From NCBI GenBank assembly GCA_038523235.1, contig JBCBJQ010000015.1, positions 22,856 through 86,855 of the forward strand: a stretch of DNA of 64,000 bases, read 5' to 3'. The DNA comes from Cyanobacteria bacterium J06626_4. Lineage in GTDB: Bacteria > Cyanobacteriota > Cyanobacteriia > Phormidesmidales > Phormidesmidaceae. Shown piece by piece: positions 44,822-55,929 of this stretch (the stretch's first letter is position 1; each line of letters starts with the position of its first letter). The position numbers and the translations under genes are program-made. Below the pieces are notes generated by a model. It had not been told where the DNA came from, ran no database searches, and worked only from the letters and a program-made list of their open reading frames with translations.

Positions 44822-46663
44822 CTAGAGTAGAGGCAGCATTTTCACTGAGTTGGTCACTAGAAGATCCTGGAGTTCTTGAGAATCGACGGTTTCCTTATCG
44901 ATCAGCATGGCAGCTAACTTATCAAGGACAGAGCGGTTTTCCACCAAGACCTGCTTAGCGCGCTCGTAGGCTTGGTCGACCAGCTGGCGGACTTCAGAAT
45001 CGATAATCGCGGCGGTCTCTTCAGAGAAATCTCGCTCCGCCGTGATGTCTCGACCGAGGAACATGTTGCCTTGCTGACGACCTAACGCCACGGGGCCGAG
45101 CTTTTCGCTCATGCCAAAGCGCGTCACCATTTGACGAGCCACCTGTGCCACCCGCTGCAGGTCACTGGAGGCACCGGTTGTTACCTCTTCGTTACCGTAA
45201 ACTAGCTCTTCAGCAATGCGTCCACCGAGAGCGACTGCCATCTCATTCTGCATGTAAGAACGAGACTGCAAGCCCGATTCCAGACGCTCTTCACTGGGCG
45301 TAAACCAGGTCAAACCACCGGCCCGACCACGGGGAATGATGCTAATCTTTTGCACCGGGTCATATTCAGGAATCAAGGCACCGACCAAAGCGTGGCCCGC
45401 TTCGTGGTAAGCCACCAGTTCCTTACGCTTATCCGTCATCACCCGATCTTTCTTCTCAGGACCGGCAAGAACGCGATCAATGGCGTCATTCACCTCATCC
45501 ATCGAAATTTCAGTGAGGTTGCGACGAGCGGCCAAAATGGCTGCTTCGTTCAGCAAGTTGGACAGATCTGCGCCAGTGAAGCCAGGCGTCCGTCGGGCAA
45601 TTTTGTCGAGGTCAACATCTTTGGCAAAGGTTTTGCCGCGAGCATGCACCTGCAAAATCTCCGACCGACCGGCAAAGTCAGGGCGATCAACGACTACTTG
45701 ACGGTCAAAACGACCCGGGCGCAGCAGAGCCGAATCGAGCACATCAGGGCGGTTAGTCGCCGCAATGATGATGATGCCAGTGTTGCCTTCAAAACCATCC
45801 ATTTCGGTCAGCAACTGGTTAAGCGTTTGCTCACGCTCATCGTTACCGCCACCGAGGCCAGCGCCCCGCTGACGACCCACTGCGTCAATCTCATCGATAA
45901 AGACGATGCAGGGTGCATTCGTTTTAGCTTGCTCGAACAGGTCGCGAACACGGGAAGCGCCGACACCCACAAACATTTCGACAAACTCCGAACCAGAGAT
46001 ACTGAAGAAGGGCACACCCGCTTCACCCGCAACTGCGCGCGCTAAGAGCGTTTTACCCGTTCCGGGAGGACCTACCAGCAAAACACCCTTGGGAATCTTG
46101 GCACCCACAGCCGTAAAGCGATCAGCATTTTTCAAGAAGTCAACAACTTCAGTCAGCTCTAGCTTGGCTTGCTCGATTCCGGCAACGTCACCAAAGGTTA
46201 CCTGGGTTTGGGGCTCCATCTGGACTCGAGCCTTGGACTTCCCAAAATTCATCGCTTGGTTACCAGGGCCACTCTGAGCCCGTCGCAAGACAAAGAACAA
46301 AACGACTAGCAGCAATACTGGAATCAGTAAGGTGCTAAATAACCGCACCAAAGCGCTGTCATCAGTTTGAGGGAAGACAACAATATCAACGTTGTTGGTT
46401 TCCAGAGTATTGATCAAGTCAGGATCGTTGGGCAGATTGACCGTTACCTGACCACTGCTTTCAGGATCGGTAAATCGAGCCTGAGAGCGATCAGCGCTAA
46501 TACTAACGCGCTCAATGCGGTTACTCTCGACGGCATCGAGAAAACGGCTGTAGCGCCAGGACTGGGATTCTTGACCTGAGTTATCGAAAATTGCTGTTGC
46601 CAGGGCGATGACAACTACGACGAGTAGTGCGTATAGCCCTGCGTTTCTCCACCGCTTATTCAC
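44822..46663 (-). CDS. ftsH3: ATP-dependent zinc metalloprotease FtsH3
   Basis: [14 protein letters not shown]-terminus, AAA motifs, [14 protein letters not shown]. Confidence 0.92.
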   Translation of the reverse strand: MNKRWRNAGLYALLVVVVIALATAIFDNSGQESQSWRYSRFLDAVESNRIERVSISADRSQARFTDPESSGQVTVNLPNDPDLINTLETNNVDIVVFPQTDDSALVRLFSTLLIPVLLLVVLFFVLRRAQSGPGNQAMNFGKSKARVQMEPQTQVTFGDVAGIEQAKLELTEVVDFLKNADRFTAVGAKIPKGVLLVGPPGTGKTLLARAVAGEAGVPFFSISGSEFVEMFVGVGASRVRDLFEQAKTNAPCIVFIDEIDAVGRQRGAGLGGGNDEREQTLNQLLTEMDGFEGNTGIIIIAATNRPDVLDSALLRPGRFDRQVVVDRPDFAGRSEILQVHARGKTFAKDVDLDKIARRTPGFTGADLSNLLNEAAILAARRNLTEISMDEVNDAIDRVLAGPEKKDRVMTDKRKELVAYHEAGHALVGALIPEYDPVQKISIIPRGRAGGLTWFTPSEERLESGLQSRSYMQNEMAVALGGRIAEELVYGNEEVTTGASSDLQRVAQVARQMVTRFGMSEKLGPVALGRQQGNMFLGRDITAERDFSEETAAIIDSEVRQLVDQAYERAKQVLVENRSVLDKLAAMLIDKETVDSQELQDLLVTNSVKMLPLL

Positions 46664-46811
46664 GGAGCCATGCCTCCAAACACTTCAGAAAGATTGCTGT
46701 TTCTATCAAGCGACTTTTGGTTATCAAAGTCTGAATCGTCAGTTCTCTATAGAACGGATAAAGCTTATGGAAAGAACAAGTATTAATTAATGTTAACCCA
46801 TCTTCAGAAAC

Positions 46812-47657
46812 TCAGCTGACAATAGACTGCCAGGCTCGAGTCAACTGCTTTACTTTTCCATAATCTGGATTGTAGTTCACAGACGAAGCCTCCTGCAGGA
46901 CCGCCCGAATCGGCACGACCTCGACCACACTATTGGTGTAGGCCAAAAATGAGAACTGGTTTACCTGTTGAGGCGTCCAAGCTGCGGTCAACACGGTTTG
47001 CTGTTGCTGCTGTAGGCCCTGCAGAAGGCGCGATCGCATCACGCCCGGCAAGATCCCCGCCGTCAGTGGCGGCGTCCACCATTGATCAGCGGCCCAGCCC
47101 CAGAGGTTGCCCGTACTGGTTTCTAGCCAATGGCCCTGGTCATTCACTAAGACCGCCTCTTGAGCTGCCATGCGTTGAGCCGTCTGCAACGCTAACCAGC
47201 TGCCCAAATAGTTGCCCGTCTTATGAGCGACCAGGGAGCGACCGTACTCCTCGGCATCGGCAACCCACACCGTCACACCCTGAGTTTGTTTCAGCGCCAA
47301 ATCTGGCGGCAGCGATCGCCCCAAAATCAGCTCTCGCCCGTCCGGAAATATCGTCACCCGCAGCACGGGAAAATAGGACGCCAAGGTTTCAGCCCCCTGA
47401 CGCACCTGCTCCCAATCTGGCTCGACCCAGTGAAAGGCCTGGAGCGATCGCGTCAGTCGCGCTTGATGCGCCGCCCAAACAGTCCAAGGATGGTCGAGGT
47501 GGTAGTCGTAAACCCGCAAGGTGGTAAAGACCGTTGCCCCATACAACAGGCCCGGATCTTGTCGTGACAGGGTCAGTGTGTCTCCAGACACGAACTGACC
47601 GGCATACCAATACGCATTGGCTGATGGAGGGGTCACCGACATGCCGCCCGTTGTCAT
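46812..47657 (-). CDS. Class IV aminotransferase / aminodeoxychorismate lyase-like protein
   Basis: GLLYGATVFTTLR, HKTGNYL, LETSTGN, ILPGVMR. Confidence 0.85.
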   Translation of the reverse strand: MTTGGMSVTPPSANAYWYAGQFVSGDTLTLSRQDPGLLYGATVFTTLRVYDYHLDHPWTVWAAHQARLTRSLQAFHWVEPDWEQVRQGAETLASYFPVLRVTIFPDGRELILGRSLPPDLALKQTQGVTVWVADAEEYGRSLVAHKTGNYLGSWLALQTAQRMAAQEAVLVNDQGHWLETSTGNLWGWAADQWWTPPLTAGILPGVMRSRLLQGLQQQQQTVLTAAWTPQQVNQFSFLAYTNSVVEVVPIRAVLQEASSVNYNPDYGKVKQLTRAWQSIVS

Positions 47658-47812
47658 AACGCCAAAACCGACCCTGCCTCATACCGTCAACCCGATTCTG
47701 ACTGGGATGGATAAGATGGCAGAACGGTAAATGCTGAGCCACTTTCTGACGAGCAATCTCGCTACGCTTCAGACAACGCGGCAGCAAGAATATCATGAGA
47801 GGCCGAAGTCCC

Positions 47813-48610
47813 ATGCTACCGGAAACTTTTCACGAGACAAAAGGATTCTTACTCGATCTCAATGGCGTGTTCTACGTCGCCAATCGCACTTTGCCGGGTG
47901 CCCAGGCCGCAATTACCGCCCTCCGCAACAGTGGACTGCCCTATCGCTACGTAACAAACAACACGACTCAATCGACTCAATCCATGAGTGCCAGCCTACA
48001 GGCTATGGGACTCGCAATCGACCCCTCAGAAATTGTGACTGCCGCCTATGCCGCAGTGTTACATCTCCGCCAATTGGGCAACCCCAAAATCTATCCGCTG
48101 GTCACTGAAGACGCCAAGCAAGACTTTAGCGAATTCACCTGGTCAGATACCGATGCTGATGTGATTGTGGTGGGTGATATTGGTGACGACTGGAGTTACC
48201 GCCTGATGAATCGCGCCTTTCGCTTGATGATGAAGGGGGCTCAGGTGATGGCGCTGCACCGAGGCAAATATTGGCAGTGGGAAGCGGGGCTGCAGTTAGA
48301 TATCGGCGCATTCGTCGCTGGTCTCGAATATGCCACCGATCAGTCTGCTGTCGTTGTGGGAAAACCCAATCCCGCTTTTTATCATCGGGTCCTAGATGAA
48401 CTCGGATTGCCTGCAACCGCAGTGGTGATGATCGGCGACGACATTGAAGCAGATATTAAAGGAGCACAGGGCGTGGGCATGAAAGCCATTCTGGTCAAGA
48501 CGGGCAAATATCGCCCTCACTTGGTCGCTCAAGCCAACATCACACCCGATGGCGAAATCCACCATATTGGGGCGATCGCAGATTGGCTCACCCCCGCTCA
48601 GACAACGTGA
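47813..48610 (+). CDS. HAD subfamily IIA hydrolase (TIGR01458-like)
   Basis: LLDLNGV, VTNNTT, VVGKP, MIGDDIEADI, VKTGKY. Confidence 0.9.
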   Translation: MLPETFHETKGFLLDLNGVFYVANRTLPGAQAAITALRNSGLPYRYVTNNTTQSTQSMSASLQAMGLAIDPSEIVTAAYAAVLHLRQLGNPKIYPLVTEDAKQDFSEFTWSDTDADVIVVGDIGDDWSYRLMNRAFRLMMKGAQVMALHRGKYWQWEAGLQLDIGAFVAGLEYATDQSAVVVGKPNPAFYHRVLDELGLPATAVVMIGDDIEADIKGAQGVGMKAILVKTGKYRPHLVAQANITPDGEIHHIGAIADWLTPAQTT

Positions 48611-48664
48611 AAGGTAGACCAAACCGATAAGGCGGCTGTAACTCAGACCCATTCCATTGCTGAC

Positions 48665-48919
48665 CTATCGAGCACTCTCGGAAGGGTGAGTAACTGCGGT
48701 ACTTGCCCCAAAAACAATGGATTTGTAATAAACCCAAGCACCTGATTGACGCATCGTTGATTCGACCAGGCCGTTGAGTTCTCGACGTTCTTTAGCATCT
48801 TGAATTTTGGAAGCGACTAAGCCCAGTAGATTCCGCGCTGTTTCTTGCTTGCCGTTGTCGTAAGTCCGCACGGCCAGACGAACGGTGTCCGCAAGTTTAG
48901 TACTCTTTTGGGAAGCCAT
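48665..48919 (-). CDS. Hypothetical protein
   Basis: 84-aa helical-looking ORF filling the gap. No motif recognised. Confidence 0.6.
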   Translation of the reverse strand: MASQKSTKLADTVRLAVRTYDNGKQETARNLLGLVASKIQDAKERRELNGLVESTMRQSGAWVYYKSIVFGASTAVTHPSESAR

Positions 48920-49425
48920 GTCTAATCGACCACGTCAGGCAAACAAAGCTGGCACTGATGTTTGGGAAGGCACGCTTGACCGTCGGGGCCGGAAACTCGA
49001 AGGAGGCAATAGCAGGGAACCGGTTCCCGATCCAGAAGCTGCATTAGCGGCAATGTTCAACCCGGCATCTGTGCAGAATCCAGCTTGAATCTACCCTAAA
49101 GCGAACCCAAGCCGTCAGACTTCCGTCAGGCTACGGCGTGCGTTCAACCAAACCTGTCCGCAGTCATCATAGAGATCGCTGAGTTGTCTTCGTGCCAAGA
49201 TTGCAGCGGTATTCGACACTCCATCATGTTTCAGCCATCACTGTTGAATTCACGGCAAAATTTCTAGTCATAACGGATCAAGCCAATAACTTTTACATTG
49301 GCGACTGTTTCGCATTAAATCAGCAGAGGTAAGCGCTAACCTGATAGGCAGGGTTAAAGCTCGTTTTGCCATCGATACGGCACCTCACTCTTTAGAAATG
49401 CTGAATTGCTCTCAGGACTTACACC

Positions 49426-52023
49426 ATGCTCAATATTGCTGGCTTTGACACTGAATCGCCGAAACACCAATCCTTTGAGCTACCAGGAGCGCGTCCTCAC
49501 TACACGCCTGATCGCCCCGGACAGGTGGAGCACATTGCTCTGGATTTGAACCTGGAGATTGATCAGCAGCGCTATACCGGCACCTGCACGATTCGCCTCA
49601 ATCCTATTCGCAACGGCATTGAGCGACTAGTACTAGATGCGGTGAACTTACATATTGAGGCCGTCATGGTCGGCAACTTAGCCCAAACGTTTGATCACGA
49701 TGGCGAACAGTTGCAGGTGTCCCTCAGCCAGCCCACCCGCATGGGTCAGTCTATTGAAATCGCGATCGCCTATCGGAGCGACAATCCCCAGCGGGGCCTA
49801 TACTTTGTAGCGCCAACCGACCACGAGCCGGATAAACCCACCCAGGTCTGGACTCAGGGCGAAGACGAAGATTCACGCTACTGGTTCCCGTGCTTTGACT
49901 ATCCAGGGCAGCTGGCCACTAGCGAAATTCGCGTCCGCGTCCCGCACCCCTATCAGGCCATCTCTAACGGTGAGTTGATTGAGACGACAGAAGAGAACGA
50001 TTCCAAAATCTTCCATTGGGTGCAAAAGGAAGTTCACCCCTCTTATCTGATGACATTGGCAGTGGGAGATTTTGACGAGATTCGAGATGAATGGGAAGGC
50101 ATTCCGGTCACCTACTACGCCCAGAAAGGTCGCCGGGACGATGCCCAACGCACCATGGGCAAAACCCCAGCGATGCTGCAGTTTTTTAGCGATCGCTTTG
50201 GCTATCGCTACGCCTTTCCGAAATATGCGCAGGTCTGCATTAAAGACTTCACCTTTGGCGGCATGGAAAATACTTCCTGCACCCTGTTGACCGATCGCTG
50301 CCTGATTGATGAGCGAGCGGCCCTAGATAACACCAATTCAGAAATGCTGGTTGCCCATGAGTTGGCTCACCAGTGGTTCGGCGATCTCTTAGTCATTAAC
50401 CACTGGTCTCATGCTTGGGTAAAAGAGGGCATGGCCACCTATTCAGAAGTGTTGTGGACCCATGACCAATATGGCGCGGCAGAAGCCGCCTACTACCGTC
50501 TAGGTGAGATGCGCAGCTATCTCTCAGAAGATAAAAGCCGCTATCGCCGCCCCATGATCACGCACGTCTATCGAGAACCGATCGAACTCTACGATCGCCA
50601 TATTTACGAAAAAGGAGCCTGCGTTTACCACATGCTTCGCACCGAATTGGGCGATGACCTCTTCTGGCAAGCCATTCACGGTTTTGTCAACAAGTTTGCT
50701 CACAAAACTGTCGAAACCCTCGACCTGATTCGCACCATCGAGGAAACCACGGGTCGCAATCTGCGGTTTTTATTCGACCAATACGTCTACCGGGGTGGCC
50801 ATCCCGACTTTCAAATTGCCTACCGGTGGGATGCTGACAGCAGCCTCGCCAAAATTACGGTGACTCAAACCCAAGCGAAAGCCGGCGATAAGAGCAGCCA
50901 GAGCGGCCTCTTTGATCTGCGCATTCCTATCGGCTTTGGCCGCGTCGACGGCGATCGCACCAGCCTGCAATCCCTCACCGTCCGGATTCATGAGCAGGAG
51001 CAAGTGCTCTATTTTCCGCTGGCTCAGAAGCCTGATTTTGTCAGCTTTGATGTCGGCAACCACTACACCAAAACCGTCAAACTCGACTATCCCCTACCAG
51101 AACTCAAAGCCCAGCTCAAATTGGACCCTGACCCGATTGCCCGCGTGTTCGCCGCTGAGGCGATCGCTCAAAAAGGTGGATTAGAAGCCGTCAAGGCCCT
51201 AGCCACCGCCCTCACGCATGACTCCTTTTGGGGGGTACGGGCCGAAGCAGCCAAGCATCTCGCCGAACTCAAGTTGGATCAAGCGGTGCAGGCATTGCTG
51301 ACCGGGCTGAGCGATCAGCATCCCAAAGTTCGGCGGGCAGTCGTCACGGCTCTGGCTAAGGTCAAAACACCTGCCAGCTATCAGGCGCTCGCTCAAGTCG
51401 TCGTGACCGGTGATCCCAGTTACTACGTCGAGGCAGCAGCCATGCGAGCGTTAGGCGAGGTCGGGGCATCGCGTCTAGCGGGCATCCCGGCCGCCACAGA
51501 AACGCTGGCGACCCTCCAAACCGTTCTCACCGAGCGGGGCGGCTGGAACGAGGTGGTACGCTCTGGCGCACTCGGCGGCGTCAGTCAGTTCAAAACGTTG
51601 GAAGCCGCCCTAGAACTGATTTTGCAATACACCGAACCGGCAGTGCCTTCGATGCTGCGGCTAGGCGCTGTACGTGCCCTAGGCCAGGTTTCAATTGGAC
51701 AAACCAAGACTAACGTTGAGCGGATTCTTGAACGCTTAGAAGCCATCTCAAGGGAACCGCAATTCACCACTCAAATGACGGTGATTGCCGCGCTGGGCAT
51801 GATGGAAGATATCGGCGCGATCACTGTACTGCAGGGCATTGCTGACCACATTGACGATGGCCGCGTGCGACGGCGGGCAGAAGAAACCCTCAAAAAAGTG
51901 CAGAAAGCAATTCAAAAAGATCAGGCGATCAATAAACTGCAGCAAGATTTGGAAGAACTCAAAAAGTCGAACCAGGAGCTCAAGAGCCGTCTAGAGGAAT
52001 TGGAAGCTAAAGGTCAGCCCTAG
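49426..52023 (+). CDS. pepN: M1 family aminopeptidase with HEAT-like repeats
   Basis: GGMEN, HELAHQWFG..x18..E, YEKG, C-terminal HEAT repeats and coiled coil. Confidence 0.92.
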   Translation: MLNIAGFDTESPKHQSFELPGARPHYTPDRPGQVEHIALDLNLEIDQQRYTGTCTIRLNPIRNGIERLVLDAVNLHIEAVMVGNLAQTFDHDGEQLQVSLSQPTRMGQSIEIAIAYRSDNPQRGLYFVAPTDHEPDKPTQVWTQGEDEDSRYWFPCFDYPGQLATSEIRVRVPHPYQAISNGELIETTEENDSKIFHWVQKEVHPSYLMTLAVGDFDEIRDEWEGIPVTYYAQKGRRDDAQRTMGKTPAMLQFFSDRFGYRYAFPKYAQVCIKDFTFGGMENTSCTLLTDRCLIDERAALDNTNSEMLVAHELAHQWFGDLLVINHWSHAWVKEGMATYSEVLWTHDQYGAAEAAYYRLGEMRSYLSEDKSRYRRPMITHVYREPIELYDRHIYEKGACVYHMLRTELGDDLFWQAIHGFVNKFAHKTVETLDLIRTIEETTGRNLRFLFDQYVYRGGHPDFQIAYRWDADSSLAKITVTQTQAKAGDKSSQSGLFDLRIPIGFGRVDGDRTSLQSLTVRIHEQEQVLYFPLAQKPDFVSFDVGNHYTKTVKLDYPLPELKAQLKLDPDPIARVFAAEAIAQKGGLEAVKALATALTHDSFWGVRAEAAKHLAELKLDQAVQALLTGLSDQHPKVRRAVVTALAKVKTPASYQALAQVVVTGDPSYYVEAAAMRALGEVGASRLAGIPAATETLATLQTVLTERGGWNEVVRSGALGGVSQFKTLEAALELILQYTEPAVPSMLRLGAVRALGQVSIGQTKTNVERILERLEAISREPQFTTQMTVIAALGMMEDIGAITVLQGIADHIDDGRVRRRAEETLKKVQKAIQKDQAINKLQQDLEELKKSNQELKSRLEELEAKGQP

Positions 52024-52051
52024 CCAGCCCTGTCTACAGCAGCTATTCATC

Positions 52052-52082
52052 CTGCCAGCCAAAGCACTCAAAAGGCTGGCAG
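52052..52082. terminator. Hairpin downstream of pepN
   Basis: CTGCCAGCC/GGCTGGCAG 9-bp stem without a clear U tract. Confidence 0.4.
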
Positions 52083-52354
52083 ACCTGCAATCTGACTGCA
52101 TTGACCCATCACTAGCATCCACTGCGAGCTACAGTTTGTTGGCGACCTGCTTGACAAAAGACCCTAGAGACAAACTGCCCATCACTATGCCAGCTGACAA
52201 ACCACCCGACAGCAACAGAAAACCTGTGTCTAAATTAGACACAGCAAAACATTGATCGCTCAAAAAGTTAGGATGCAGAAACTCATACAATGATGAAGCA
52301 ACTGCAACTCGAAGAAGCTGGACAACTAACCATCAAGCAAACAATTCTTTGAAA

Positions 52355-52426
52355 TGGCTCAGGCGTGATTTGAACACGCGACCAAGGGCTTATGAGTCCC
52401 CTGCTCTACCACTGAGCTACTGAGCC
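52355..52426 (-). tRNA. tRNA with CAT anticodon, most likely elongator tRNA-Met; CCA not encoded
   Basis: Reverse complement GGCTCAGTAGCTCAGTGGTAGAGCAGGGGACTCATAAGCCCTTGGTCGCGTGTTCAAATCACGCCTGAGCCA folds as a cloverleaf. Paired G1-C72 argues against initiator tRNA. Confidence 0.93.
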
Positions 52427-52585
52427 AAAAGCGCCGAGCGCAACTTGAGTAATTTAACACAAAGTAGTCCCATTACTCCGAGAAGAACTCCGGGCTAAAC
52501 CCACATCCTCAAAATAGGAGCATGATCTGCCAGAGTTAATCAGTACAAATTTTTACTGCCAGGACACTATTCAGCAGTTTCAGTC

Positions 52586-52623
52586 AAAAAGAGAAGAGAG
52601 CCTGGAGCTCTCTTCTCTTTTTT
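52586..52623. terminator. Bidirectional intrinsic terminator after the LysM/M23 gene
   Basis: AAAAAGAGAAGAGAGC-CTGGA-GCTCTCTTCTCTTTTT. Confidence 0.88.
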
Positions 52624-52643
52624 CAGCCTCTATTTCTTCTTAC

Positions 52644-54611
52644 CTAACGACTAGGCAAAAGGGCAATGGGATTCACCGCACCTTGACTCGGGATATGAAT
52701 CTCAAAGTGCAGGTGAGGTCCTGTGCTAAAGCCCGTGCTACCCATTTCAGCAATTTGTTGACCCTGCCGCACCTGCTGACCAGGACTCACCATCAGGCGA
52801 CTGTTGTGGGCATAACGAGTAAGGCTGCCATCAGGGTGACGAACATCCACCATATTGCCGTAACCGCCAGAATTCCAACCAGAGGTTACGACCACGCCGG
52901 CACCCGCCGCATAAATTGGTGTCCCAACAGGACCAGCAATATCAACACCTCGGTGCATGCGTCCCCAGCGCCAGCCATAGCCAGAAGTCAGCACGCCCTG
53001 AGCTGGCCACATATAGCCATCAAACCGGTTAGGAGCTTCCGGCAAATACTCATCTTCGCTAGGCAAGATAGGCATTTCTGGAGTAACGACTTGACCTACC
53101 GGGTTCTCGATGATAGGAGAATAGACTTCAGACCCCAGAGGAGCTGCCGCCAAGAGCTCTTCTTCAGCTAGAACCGAACCTTCTTCTAGCTCAGCAAGCG
53201 TGGCATCTCTTTCATCAGAAAATTGAGGATTAACTGCAACCTCTGACGTGGAGTCAGCAATACTGATCGGCTGCTCTACATTGTCGGCATCAGCATCAAA
53301 CACTTCAGCAATTTCAGTGGAATATTGAGCCGTTGATGTGAACGTTGTACTCAGGCTAGAACGACTTGCCTCGGCTACTTCAGATAACAAGTCTTCCACA
53401 AAGGGATCAGAGATCGCATTAATCGTCCCTGGCTCCTCAGCTGGATCTACCAATGCACTAGATGGCTCTAAGACAACAGACTCGCTGCTTTTATCAGCTG
53501 TCTGAGCTTCTTCAGGTTGAATCGAGGGAGTCGCCATTGCCAGCGATGACTCATCTTCAATTGAGCGCTCATTCAACCACTCAGTACCTGATTGGATCAC
53601 GAGCGACCGTTCGTCAGGAATCGTCAGCGCTTCGCCAGCCACGATCACATCAGGGTCAGATAACTGATTAGCCCGCTGAAGAACTTTTGGATCAATGCCA
53701 TAATTGCGGGCGATCGACCAGATCGTCTCACCAGCATCAACCTGATGCACCAGCGTCTCATCGCTGAGGGTATACAGCTCCACTGGTGAAGCGGCAACTG
53801 CAGGAATCTTAGCTAAAATCTCAGCCTTATCAGCCGTTTGCTCGGACGCTGGCAATGACTCTAGCGCCGTATCTGGCCATGTCGGCTCTGGCTCGGCCGC
53901 AACCGCAGCCATCGATTCAGAGTCAACCGCTGAGGGCATTGCATCTTGAGCTTCCAAGGAGACAGCAATTTCCTCTTGAGTCGGTGCCTCGGGCTGCTGA
54001 GGGGTCAAGAAGGCTGTGAGGTCGTAAGAAGCAGTCGCCGAAGCATCTGAGGCTTTTAGGGTGTCAAGCTCAAGGTCGGATGCACTCGCCTCAGTTTCTT
54101 GGAGTTCTGAGACAGCATCAACTGCAACTGAGCCTTCCAATGCTTGAGGAGTCTCCAGAACAACCGCTGTTTGCATATGTGAAGCAACAACAGCTGGAAC
54201 CTTCAGAACCTGACCAGCTTGAATTACCTGATCTTCCGCGATACCGTTAACCGCTTTGATGTCATCAATCTCGACGCCGTGCTGCTGGGCAATATCCCAA
54301 ATGGTTTCACCATCGAGCACAGTGTGGTAACTGGCAGCAGCCCCCTCTGGCCGAGAAGAACCAAACGAAGGTAGAGGTTCGACATCACCAGATACCGCAG
54401 GCAACGCTGCTAGCTGCCAAGAATCAGCGGCCTCTGAGCTGGGAGCTAAAGCTCCTGCAGCACCGAGGGAAACCGCTAAACCTAGAGCTGTAAAGGAAGC
54501 TCGAACCTTTCGACCAGTCTCAACGGATCCTGTGGCGCTTTGCACGGGCACAAATGCGCTTGACCAACTCTGCGTGTCAGGGACAAAGTCCTGGGTAAAA
54601 ACGGGGCTCAA
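52644..54611 (-). CDS. LysM x2 plus M23 peptidoglycan DD-endopeptidase (NlpD-like)
   Basis: Two LysM domains (HTVLDGETIWDIA; HQVDAGETIWSIA) and M23 motifs HRGVD, YAH, GPHLHFE. TTG start at 54611 follows a GAGGAGG SD. Confidence 0.9.
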   Translation of the reverse strand: MSPVFTQDFVPDTQSWSSAFVPVQSATGSVETGRKVRASFTALGLAVSLGAAGALAPSSEAADSWQLAALPAVSGDVEPLPSFGSSRPEGAAASYHTVLDGETIWDIAQQHGVEIDDIKAVNGIAEDQVIQAGQVLKVPAVVASHMQTAVVLETPQALEGSVAVDAVSELQETEASASDLELDTLKASDASATASYDLTAFLTPQQPEAPTQEEIAVSLEAQDAMPSAVDSESMAAVAAEPEPTWPDTALESLPASEQTADKAEILAKIPAVAASPVELYTLSDETLVHQVDAGETIWSIARNYGIDPKVLQRANQLSDPDVIVAGEALTIPDERSLVIQSGTEWLNERSIEDESSLAMATPSIQPEEAQTADKSSESVVLEPSSALVDPAEEPGTINAISDPFVEDLLSEVAEASRSSLSTTFTSTAQYSTEIAEVFDADADNVEQPISIADSTSEVAVNPQFSDERDATLAELEEGSVLAEEELLAAAPLGSEVYSPIIENPVGQVVTPEMPILPSEDEYLPEAPNRFDGYMWPAQGVLTSGYGWRWGRMHRGVDIAGPVGTPIYAAGAGVVVTSGWNSGGYGNMVDVRHPDGSLTRYAHNSRLMVSPGQQVRQGQQIAEMGSTGFSTGPHLHFEIHIPSQGAVNPIALLPSR

Positions 54612-55335
54612 AGGATAATCCTCCTCATAACCAGAGCTCAACAGTTTCAACAGCACTCCTAGCGGAGAATCCCAGCCATATAGCCAAGAAATAAAAACTT
54701 TGAAACTAAGGCAATATCCACAATCCTTGGGTAAGCAAAGTAGCTTCGAGAGCTAACGATACACTGCCCATTCACTTTAAGCAAGTTTACATGAGTGGAT
54801 AAAAAGATCAAGAAACCTCTTATTCATTTGACCATGCTCCAGATGTAAATGAATCATCCTGATACCTTGAAGTCATTGCCTAGAGAGAGGTTTGTCGATG
54901 TACTTCAGACTCTAGGTAGTTGATGATCCGCTGGAGTAGAAATCTCGTATCGGCTTAGCTCAAAAACTCGGAGAGGCGTTCTATACATCCCTCAAAACGA
55001 TTACATAGCAAACGCTACAGCCATAACTTGGGATGATTAAAACTGATTTTTGAACGCTTTCTGTAGATTTTTGCCTTGACCTGGAAAGCCCCTGAGCCTG
55101 CACTGTGAGTGATAGAAAATTCTTATTTCTCAGTTTGGTGATTTGTAGCTTAGAGAACGAAGTTTCTAAGCTGCTTGTTGTTAAAACCTCAATCAACCTT
55201 GAAAAGGTGAAATCAAGCTGATTACCGACCTAGAGAGCCGAGTGAAGATAACTCTTTAGTGATGAAGGCAATACTTTCTCAATGGCGAGCGCGCGGCTTG
55301 CCCCTTGAGTCATCGGTGTTGAAATTACCTGCCGG

Positions 55336-55791
55336 TTAAGGGCTGATTTGCCGCAACGCTTCAAACAATCCGATCGCCACGCTGGCCGATAGGTTCAAGC
55401 TCCGCACACCCGACTCGGCCATGGGAATGCGCACTGTGGCACCGCAAGCCTGCAGCATCTCTGAGGTCAACCCCGCTGTCTCCTTGCCAAACAATAGCCA
55501 ATCGTCAGCTTGATAGGTCATTGCTGTATAGCTAGTCACGCCTGCAGTACTAAAGCCGATGAGCGTGCCTGACTGCTGACGAGCTGTCGTCTCAAATGCT
55601 TGCCAGGAATCATGAACATGCAGATCAACATAGGGCCAATAATCGAGCCCAGCGCGCTTGAGGTAGCGATCGCTCAACTCAAACCCCAGAGGCTTAACCA
55701 AGTGCAGCGGGGTTTGAGTCGCAGCGCAAGTCCGGGCGATATTACCGGTGTTAGGCGGGATTTCGGGATGAACCAGAACAACTTGAGGCAT
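55336..55791 (-). CDS. trmL: tRNA (cytidine34-2'-O)-methyltransferase
   Basis: PEIPPNTGNIARTCA, KRAGLDYW, FGKETAGL, RSLNLS. Confidence 0.95.
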   Translation of the reverse strand: MPQVVLVHPEIPPNTGNIARTCAATQTPLHLVKPLGFELSDRYLKRAGLDYWPYVDLHVHDSWQAFETTARQQSGTLIGFSTAGVTSYTAMTYQADDWLLFGKETAGLTSEMLQACGATVRIPMAESGVRSLNLSASVAIGLFEALRQISP

Positions 55792-55929
55792 AAACGGGCA
55801 GTTTAGAGCGCAGTAGGAACGAATCAACTCATGAGGTCAGTGGAATCAACTATACGATTTATTAATGATTCACTTTTTTAGGTAATTTTCCCTGTTGATC
55901 GCGGTTGACACTATTAGATAGGTATGAGG

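Noticed and set aside
48920..49090. In-frame open stretch upstream of the 84-aa gene, separated by one TGA (readthrough or pseudogene idea)
   Set aside because: Low-complexity S/P/A sequence with no supporting signal; likely chance.
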